In this document: positions 54,601 through 64,000 of the stretch, piece after piece
Numbering within the stretch: position 1 is the stretch's first letter
Layout of the letters: every line of letters starts with the position of its first letter
From: Eledone cirrhosa
Lineage: Eukaryota
Direction: 5' to 3'
Length of the DNA stretch: 64,000 nt
Assembly (NCBI GenBank): GCA_964016885.1
Contig: OZ024760.1
Location: 12,710,001 to 12,774,000, forward strand
Position numbers and translations under genes: made by a program
The notes under the pieces: generated by a model
What the model saw: only the letters and a program-made list of their open reading frames with translations
The model's database searches: none
What the model was told of the DNA's origin: nothing

Positions 54601-55958
54601 TTAAATCTTGGATATTTAAATTTGTACTACAGTATATATATATATATAAACAAGAGTATCAATATTTACGAGTGTATGTCATATATATACTTATTTTAAT
54701 GTGTACTTCTTGTACAGTATCGTATATAGTACATAATACGTATTTATTTTTCATGTTTTTATCAGAGTTTAGTAGAAATATGGTTTGTTTTTCTTTACCA
54801 AAACATACAAGCCATCAAAATCACTATTTATTATTGAACTTATATTAATATTATTATTATTATTATTACTACTGAATAATGACTAAGTTAATTTCGCTAA
54901 TAATTCCACATCGAGTAAATTCCGGCTATGATATACACGTTCCATGTTTTCGATAAAACTCTGAATCCAGTAGTAAACGGAGGGAGAGGCGGGTTGTTGT
55001 CTTTTTCCAATCGGGTAGAAATATCAACTACACACCTCATGTAAATAAATATTTACATAGATGTAAACACAAAAAAACACTATTATATCCTCGCTATATA
55101 ACATTTAATAAAATAATGATTACAGATCGAAGCGAAACCAAAACACCAACAAACGATATATACTAATATTCCATTGAATTATTTCAGGTTGTCACAGTAA
55201 AAAAAGGTTTCGTTTCAGTTTGTTAAAAATAAAAACCCATTACTGAAACCGTTCCGGGTTTTATAAATAACCCAGGACGAAATATAAAACAGAGAACTAT
55301 GCTAAAATTGAAGAATTTCGTTGAAGAAAAAATGGGGAAAAACTCGTTCAGAATGAAATTATTATAAACTTTGATATATTTATCTATAAAGGGGAATATA
55401 GGAGCCTAGAGGAAAGTTAGAAGTTTCTTAATGTTGTATCTTAATTAAATATATCATTCCTTTTTAAAAACATGTATATAGAATCGGTGTATATAGCTTC
55501 ATATGTATACATATTTGTGTGTATATATGTAAAATATACAATACATACATAAATGTATACATATCTGAATATATATATATATAGATAGATAGATAATACA
55601 TGCATAAATGTACACATATCTGTGTATATATACAAATACATAAACATATAGATGTATGTGTGTATATATACATAAATGTAAACATATATGTATATATACA
55701 TACATAAATGCATGCATATCTGTGTGTATATTTAATGAATAAATAAAAAGACCAGGGTTTAATTATATATATATACACACACATAGATCTATACATATCT
55801 GTGTGTATATATATATATATATATGATTGTGGTAAATATTTTTGGCTTTGTGTAGGGGGTATTTTTGATTGCTGTTTTTTTACAAAATTGTGTAAAGTTA
55901 AAATGAATAAAGCTTTAATTAATATACCTGCATTTACGCTAAAAGGGGTGGAACGTAC

Positions 55959-56911
55959 CTGTCAAAATCTGCGTTATCCTTTTCACAACGTGCATCTTTC
56001 CAATTCTGCCAGTCTTTTCCGTGTTTACATGTAGTAAACAGAACTATGTCCCTACCATTATGAATATGATATAAAGAATTCCTCGTCTCAGATCCAATAC
56101 CGATGACATAACGTTTCCCTTTAAAAGATAAAATATATTGTCTTGTTGATGGGATACTGTTGGACGCAACATGGAGGTAACCAGGCTCGCCTCCTTTCAA
56201 GGGGTGATCTTTGGCAAACAATGGGATGGACACATCAAAACCTGTTCGAAAATTAGACCTCGATATACTAGCTTTGGCCAACATCGCTTGTCCAATATCG
56301 AACCCCAAGTCTTCAGCATACTCGGGCCAAGTTCCTGAGTAAAGGTTAAATATGATGTGGTTCTGTCCATTATTCCAAAGATCCAATTTATTCAATTTCC
56401 CTTGTACGTCCTTAACATAATCCCGGCTTAAAACATCGCGGTCCAAGGTGTCCATAGATAACACAAAAATGCAGGCTTTAGCCGGGTCCGTTGTATAGTA
56501 CCTAGATTCCCGTATGACAGTAAGGATTTTACTATAAGTGGTTGATACCCTTTCAAGTTCGGGATAAATGTATACGCGAAATCCGTGCACCTTGCAGCGA
56601 CTAAAATTAAAACATGTTCCCATACGGCAGTCTTTGTTGAAGAAGGCGTTGTTATGTTGCTGTTTACCTTTAATTTGTTGTCTGTTATTGTTGATATTGT
56701 TGTTGTACAGAGACGATTTATGGGTCCGACGTATTTTAGCCGATATGTGTAAATCTTCATCAAATTTATCGTCATCCTCGTCCATGAAAGAACGGCTCTT
56801 AGACTTTTGTAACAGGGAAATATCGCCATGGTGATCCCTAATAAAACCAAGTATAAGAATTAATGCAATTCCAAGCGTGATCACTATTAAGTAGCGCTTT
56901 TTGGCCTGCAT
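55959..56911 (-). CDS. EXT1: Exostosin-1 (EXT1/tout-velu) heparan sulfate co-polymerase, first coding exon
   Basis: ORF starts MQAKKRY followed by a signal-anchor TM helix, and contains CRMGTCFNFSRC, DTLDRD, WNNGQNHIIFNLYSGTWP, FKGKRY, GIGSETRNSLYHIHNG and TTCKHGK motifs typical of EXT1. It ends ...DFDR at a GT donor (AG|GTACGT, GT at 55958-55957), 953 nt = phase 2. The last codons of the ORF track are intronic read-through. Confidence 0.96.
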
Positions 56912-57800
56912 CGATCAGTAATCCTCATCCACACCATTCCTTCATTTTTTTCTGTTCTATAATTATTATTATTATTATTTCCTGCTATATATATATTATA
57001 TATATACGAATATATATAATATATATATATCATATATATATATATTATATATATATAATATATATATATATATATTATATTTTTTGGGGAGGGTCTTTTA
57101 CACACAGGTCTGTATTTTATCCAGCATAGTCAATCCTGTTTCGGCAACGATATATATATATAAATATATATATGTATATATATATTTATATATAATAAAC
57201 ATTAATGACGGCAACTTGAAGCAGCAAAATAAAATTTGAAAAAAAAAAATTAGGGGTTTAGAAATAATCCTTTGGCAGTTTCACATGGCAAGACAAGTAG
57301 ATATATAGTTTAGTAGTAATAGTAGTAGTAATAACAGTAATAGTAGTAGTAGTAATAGTAATGGTAATACTATTAGCAGTAGTAGTTGTTATTGCTGTTG
57401 TAGCAATATTATCACTAAAAAAGAGGAGAGGAAATGAAGATAATATGGAAATATGTGAAATCGTTGTTGCTGGATTATTTGTTTGTATATTTTTCTCTCT
57501 CTCTCTTCTCTTCTCTGTTCTTTTCTTCTTTTACTCCAGCTGGCGATTCACTCCTTCTCCAGAGAAGCGGCCATATTATATGCCAAACATGTGCCAGACT
57601 GAGTTGTTGTCTATGACTGTAGCGGCCCTCGCCACCGCCGGAATATACCGACTTTTACCGAACTTGCACGAACGAAAGAATGATGAAACGAGCGGCGACG
57701 GCAGCGGCGGCGAATGTGAAGAAGAAGAAGAAGAAGAAGAAGAAGAAGAAATAAATGAATGAGGAAAAATAAATAAAAGGGAAAGAAGAATGAAAAAAGG
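56912..57800 (-). promoter_or_regulatory. Putative EXT1 5'UTR / promoter-proximal region
   Basis: Directly upstream of the ATG. Locally CpG/GC-rich block (gcggcgacggcagcggcggcg near 57690) and a polypurine tract in otherwise CpG-poor DNA. Confidence 0.45.
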
Positions 57801-58259
57801 AAAAGGAAAACAAGAATGTGGTAGAGGGAGGGGGAGAAGAAGGAGAAGGAAATGGGCTGTAGTAGTAGTAGGAGGAAGAGTGGGAGGAGTAGGAAACAAC
57901 AAGTCAATCTACTAGTGTGATGGTGGTGGTGGTGGTGGTGAATTGATAAGGTGGTGATGGTGATGGTGGTGGTGGTGGTGTTGATAGGAAATTGATAACG
58001 TAGTGTTGTGATGATAGTGGGGTGAGCTGGTGGGGGTGGTGTTGGGGATTTGGGGCCATGAGGGTTGTCATAGGTGTGGTGGTGAGCTGATAAAGTGGTA
58101 GTGGTGGTGGTAGTGGTGGTGGTGGTGGTGGTGACGGTGGATGTGTGTGTGTGGAGGGGAGGTATTAGTGAAGAACAGGAACAAATCTTAAGCCTGTCTT
58201 AAACAAGTCACTTCATTCCCAACTCTTTTATATTTCAGCATCAGATTACAGGTAAAGTG

Positions 58260-58570
58260 TGACCCCTTCACATGGCCCTTTCACATGTCCCTGTCACATG
58301 ACCCCGTCTCATGACCCTTTCACATGACCCTTTCACATGTCCCCTTCATATGACCCTTTAACATGTCCTCTTCACATGTTCCCATCACATGGCCCTTTCA
58401 CATGTCCCTGTCACATCACATGACCCCGTCACATGACCCTTTCACATGACCCTTTCACATGACCCTTTCACATGTCCCTTTCATATGTCCTCTTCACATC
58501 ACCTTTTCACATGTCCTCTTCACATGTTCCCATCACATGGCCCTTTTTACATGAGCCCTTTCATGTGGCC
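58260..58570. repeat. 13-bp minisatellite (TTTCACATGACCC)
   Basis: About 23 degenerate units. Confidence 0.85.
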
Positions 58571-58893
58571 TAATGTAGAGTTACCCAACCTAGGTAATAT
58601 CACCCACACCTGTGAGTTATTTCACCAGTTGGGTTGGGTGATAAACAACTAAACAGAAAATGGTGGACTGAAATGTGTCTCCTTGATCATTTCTAGGGTT
58701 TGGTTTTGGTTTTTGTGTTTAGTTTTAACCCCTTTTCATAGCTCTAGGGTTATGGCTAGAGTTTTTAAGCATTGGTTTAACTTTAAAATCACATCTAGTA
58801 TTTCTTCCCATTAAAATCACAGATTCCATCTTTTGATGTTTTATAACCTGGAACAGGATTAAAGGAAAATTTATATATATGTGTGTGTATATG

Positions 58894-58991
<98 letters not shown>

Positions 58992-59006
58992 CATATATAT
59001 ATATAC

Positions 59007-59037
<31 letters not shown>

Positions 59038-59038
59038 C

Positions 59039-59083
<45 letters not shown>

Positions 59084-59098
59084 CATATATATATATAC

Positions 59099-59143
<45 letters not shown>

Positions 59144-59165
59144 CATATATATATATATAATATAC

Positions 59166-59202
<37 letters not shown>

Positions 59203-59211
59203 CATATATAC

Positions 59212-59242
<31 letters not shown>

Positions 59243-59307
59243 CATACACATATATATATATTATGGAGTGCTGTTGGCTTTTCGTTGCAGTGTTTTCTAT
59301 ACCTTTC

Positions 59308-59351
<44 letters not shown>

Positions 59352-59613
59352 GCATATGTATATATATACATATACATATATACATATATACATATATATA
59401 CATATATACATATACATATATATATGATATATATATATATATATATATATAAATCTTTTTTAAATTATTTTTATTTCTTTTATTTTTATTTTCTTCTTCT
59501 TTTTGCAAAGAATGTTTTTGTATGCATTTCCAAAATATAACAGTTTCCTTAACATCAAATATCAACCCCCTCAGATTGCCTCCTCTACCATTTTGTTTTT
59601 AGATTCTTGTTTG

Positions 59614-59667
<54 letters not shown>

Positions 59668-60063
59668 CATCATTGTTGTTGTTGCTTTTGTTATTGTTGG
59701 TAGCTCCCTTGATCAGCACACACAAATATTCCTCTTGAATATTCATTCTATCATTGTAACAATAATTCCAGTGTGTTTTTATAAACCTGTTCAAACCAGC
59801 CACAGTTACCTATAAAATCCTTCTCACCTGCAATAACATCGTTGCCGCTTTTCAAAATTGGAAAAAAAAAAAAAAAAAAAAGGGTTTAAGCTTGTCTTTT
59901 AAACAGTTGAGGACTCGGTGTGGCTAAATGGTTAAGAGGTTTGCTTTGCAATCATCAAGTCCTGGGTTTGATCCCACTGTGTGACATCTTAGGCAAGTTT
60001 CATTCATCCATCATCATCATCATCATCATCATCACCCCCCCCCCTCCTCTTCCAGGTTTTGAT

Positions 60064-61131
60064 TAAAATAATAATAATGAAATATTGTGTACAGTGCTCA
60101 GGTGCACGAGTCATGATATACACATAATAATGAAATTATTGTGTAAAGTGCTCAGGTGCACTACAATTCGTCAAAGGTGTATGTATCATACATAGAATAA
60201 TACACAAATGTCAGGGAAGTACATGTGTGTATGTGTTAGCTGTAGTGTTGGCGGATCTCGGGAAGCATGGAGGCCTTAAAGGATGCAGTGTCTCGACAGC
60301 TAACAACTGATGCAGGTAGTTTGTTCCATGGAGGCCTTAAAGGATGCAGTGTCTCGACAGCTAACAACTGATGCAGGTAGTTTGTTCCATGGAGGCCTTA
60401 AAGGATGCAGTGTCTCGACAGCTAACAACTGATGCAGGTAGTTTGTTCCATGGAGGCCTTAAAGGATGCAGTGTCTCGACAGCTAACAACTGATGCAGGT
60501 AGTTTGTTCCATGGAGGCCTTAAAGGATGCAGTGTCTCGACAGCTAACAACTGATGCAGGTAGTTTGTTCCATGGAGGCCTTAAAGGATGCAGTGTCTTG
60601 GCAGCTAACAACTGATGCAGGTAGTTTGTTCCATGGAGGTTTTAAAGGATGCAGTGTCTCGGCAGCTAACAACTGATGCAGGTAGTTTGTTCCATGGAGG
60701 CCTTAAAGGATGCAGTGTCTCGACAGCTAACAACTGATGCAGGTAGTTTGTTCCATGGAGGCCTTAAAGGATGCAGTGTCTCGACAGCTAACAACTGATG
60801 CAGGTAGTTTGTTCCATGGAGGCCTTAAAGGATGCAGTGTCTCGACAGCTAACAACTGATGCAGGTAGTTTGTTCCATGGAGGCCTTAAAGGATGCAGTG
60901 TCTCGACAGCTAACAACTGATGCAGGTAGTTTGTTCCATGGAGGCCTTAAAGGATGCAGTGTCTTGGCAGCTAACAACTGATGCAGGTAGTTTGTTCCAT
61001 GGAGGTTTTAAAGGATGCAGTGTCTCGGCAGCTAACAACTGATGCAGGTAGTTTGTTCCATGGAGGCCTTAAAGGATGCAGTGTCTCGGCAGCAAACAAC
61101 TGATGCAGGTAGTTTGTTCCATGCTTCAGCA
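60064..61131 (-). mobile_element. CR1/L2-group LINE 3' end containing a 61-bp x14 tandem array (60266-61119)
   Basis: Minus strand encodes AEAWNKLPASVVSCRDTASFKASM (WNxLP..VV..FK ORF2 C-terminal motif), then a 3'UTR ending in (ATT)n, partly duplicated. Confidence 0.82.
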
Positions 61132-61139
61132 AGCACAAT

Positions 61140-61470
61140 TAATTCCTAAGTAAGGGTGAGTCTTGCCTAACAGCGCTCTTTAGGGTCCCGCTCCATGTGT
61201 TTTTGTCTGCTGGTCTCAGGGCCAGGCCAAGCCTAGCTTGATCCCGACGAATATCCTCTAACCCTCCATCCAAGTCCTTTTTGGTCTTCCTGGGTCTCTA
61301 CTGCCCTCTGGATTGACATTCATCACTTTACTGATCCAGCCCTCCCTGCAGCGCTTGACATGGCCATACCAGCATCTCCCTGGGTCTCTGCTGCCTCTGG
61401 GATCGACATTCATCACTTTACTGATTCAGGCTTCACTGCACTCAACATGGCCACACCAGCGCATGTCTCT
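61140..61470 (-). mobile_element. RTE LINE 3' fragment with partial duplication
   Basis: RWYGHVKR...NPEGSRDPGRPKRTWME on the minus strand. Confidence 0.75.
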
Positions 61471-63226
61471 TTTTAAAATGGAGAAAAAAGGCTTAAAGCC
61501 TGTCTTTTAAACAATGTAGGTTCTGGTTGAGAACTCGGGCAGAGAGAGAGGGCAGGAGTCAGAGAGAGAGAGAAATATATGTGTGTGTGTGTGTATGTGT
61601 GTATATGTGTGTGTATATGTGTGTATGTGTGTGTGTGTGTATATGTGTATGTGTATATGTGTGTGTATATGTGTGTGCTTGTGTGTAAGTGTGTATGTGT
61701 GTGTGTAAGTGTGTATGTGTGTGTGTATATGTGTATGTGTATATGTGTGTGTGTGTGTATGTGTGTGTGCATGTGTGTGTGTGTATATTTGAAGTAACAA
61801 TAATGCTGACTTCTCACTCTAGCCTAGTACCAATGTTCACAGCTAAAAGGTGTTAAAAGTCTGTTAACACGAAAGATAAATTAAATTTTCTTGACATGAA
61901 TACATAAATAAAGGAGACTTCATCATTCCCAGTAAGTTTGTTATATTTTTGTGTGTGTGTGTCTTTCTTTTATCATCATTTACTGTGGTGGAGGTGTGTG
62001 GCCTAGTGGTCAATGAATTGGACTCTCATCATAATATCGTGGCTGTGATTTCTGGACTTCTGATCATATGAGATATGATAGCGCAGTAACTAGACAGGCA
62101 GGTTGAGGAGACCACTTCTCATTATGGATTGTCTCCAGGTTGCCAGGTAAACATCTGAGGGGGAAGGGGCCAATCCTGAACAACATGCAGGACTGTCTGG
62201 TCAGGGTCCCCAGAGTCACATTATTAGGAGTGACAGCTCTCCTAGTCAGGTTGCCTTTACTATGGCTTACAGAGTCCATGCCATCCCATGGTAGTATTTA
62301 TTTATAAGGAGTGACAGCTCTCCTAGATAGATTGCCTTTAGTATGCTTTAGCATACATTCTAAGTTCAAATCACACTGAGGTTAGCTTGGTCTTTCACCC
62401 TTACTGGGGTCAATAAAATATAACACTAGTTATACACTGGAGTCAATTTAATCGACTTTCCCCTCTCCCCTTCAAATTGCTGGCTTTGTATCAAAAGTAG
62501 AAGCATTTATCAGTATTATTATCGGATGCCATGCTTTGCAGTAAAGAGTTACAGCCCTTTAATAATTTGAGTTCAAATCCCGCCGAAGTTAACTTTGCCT
62601 TTCATCCTTACAGGGTTAATAAAATAAAGTACCAGTAATGCACTAAGATAATTGCCGGAGAAGAAGGCGAAGGCCAAAAAAGAAAAAGACATTTTGATTT
62701 CACCTATGAAATTACTTGTTTACACTTCACCTTATCTTCCAGTATATTTCTAACACTTTATATTTACTTATTTTCTATATCGCTTGCTGATGAAGGCAAT
62801 ATATATCTGTATATGATTATATATATTTATCTACCAGAAACAAAATTATACCCAGGGGGTTATGTATATATATATATGTATTATATATGAGTGTGTATGT
62901 AACAAATGTGTGGCGTATGTGGGTTAGATGAGGAGAAATATATATTTATTTAAAATATGTATAGCTAGCTATATTTTCAATTCGTCTTACAGTTATTTCC
63001 ATTCTAATTTTATTATGTTCCATTATATATATGTTTGGACACATGTGTGAGGTTGATTAATTTTCAATAAACATATAAGAGTGCTGGTAAGTTTGGCAAA
63101 GGTTTTCTTCCTACGTTTTTTAATTTCTTTCCTGTTATTTTTTTTTACCATTTCGTTCATACAAAAGAGATTTCAATGGTATCGTGCTTCTTGAATTTTC
63201 TATTTCACATATTTATTTACTTCCCA

Positions 63227-63358
<132 letters not shown>

Positions 63359-63510
63359 CATATATATAAATATATATATACATATATATAAATATATATA
63401 CATGCATATATATATATAAATATATATACATGCATATATATATGTATATATATATACACATATATATATATATATGCAAGCAGGGAAAAGCAGACGTAAA
63501 ATGATGATGA

Positions 63511-63580
<70 letters not shown>

Positions 63581-64000
63581 ATATACATATACATATATGT
63601 ACATATATATATATATTTGTTTATGTTTGTCAATTTTGTAGTTTATATGTTTATTTAAAATTTTATATATATTTTATTTTGTTTATTTCTATATTTTATA
63701 TATTTTATTTTGTTTATTTCTATATTTTATATATTTTGTTTATTTCTATATTATATATATTTTGTTTATTTCTATATTTATAAGAATTATATTTCTTGTG
63801 AAACCAAACATTATGGAGATAATTTAAGCTTTAAAGTCTGAAAGTGAAAGTTGGCTGCTATTGCTCTTGTTGTTGTTGGTGTTGTTGGTGGTGGTGTTGG
63901 TGGCGTTGGTGGCGTTGTTGGTGTTGTTGGTGTTGTTGGTGGTGGTGTTGGTGGTGTTGTTGGTGTTGGTGGTGGTGGTGTTGTTGTTGGTGGTGTTGTT

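Noticed and set aside
55934-55958. ORF-track C-terminus YVPPLLA* implying a single-exon 325-aa protein
   Set aside because: A canonical donor lies at the conserved EXT1 intron position, so these residues are intron read-through.
60266-61119. Retrozyme-like tandem repeat (CTGATG in each unit)
   Set aside because: It reads CTGATGC with no GAAA, and the unit is LINE ORF2 coding sequence.
62787-62866. CTGATGA...GAAA candidate hammerhead
   Set aside because: The 3' strand of stem I is missing (runs into TA) and stem III is ambiguous. At most a remnant.

Overview
Eukaryotic, very AT- and microsatellite-rich animal DNA. The composition and tRNA-derived SINE families suggest an octopus or other coleoid cephalopod (inference). 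The only clear host gene is the first coding exon of an exostosin-1 (EXT1/tout-velu) glycosyltransferase on the minus strand (56911-55959, phase-2 donor AG|GTACGT). No second exon was recognised, so positions 1-55958 appear to be one giant intron. That intron holds two SINE families, RTE- and CR1-type LINE remnants, a DD37D (maT) transposase remnant, Tc1/mariner and piggyBac-type MITEs, and satellites. Almost all ORFs in the supplied track are microsatellite artefacts. The main discovery is a diverse population of 100-420 bp non-coding inserts, mostly embedded in (TA)n, that carry type I hammerhead ribozymes (CUGANGA...GAAA...UH). About 10 have a complete or near-complete fold and a similar number are decayed or halved, from at least 7 sequence families. 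They resemble Penelope-like pseudo-LTRs or retrozymes. Many are fold-back palindromes whose apex falls in or near the ribozyme, and several unrelated families share a covarying CTC...GAG hairpin in their unpaired 3' tail. A second theme is tandem arrays built from short pieces of retroelements.
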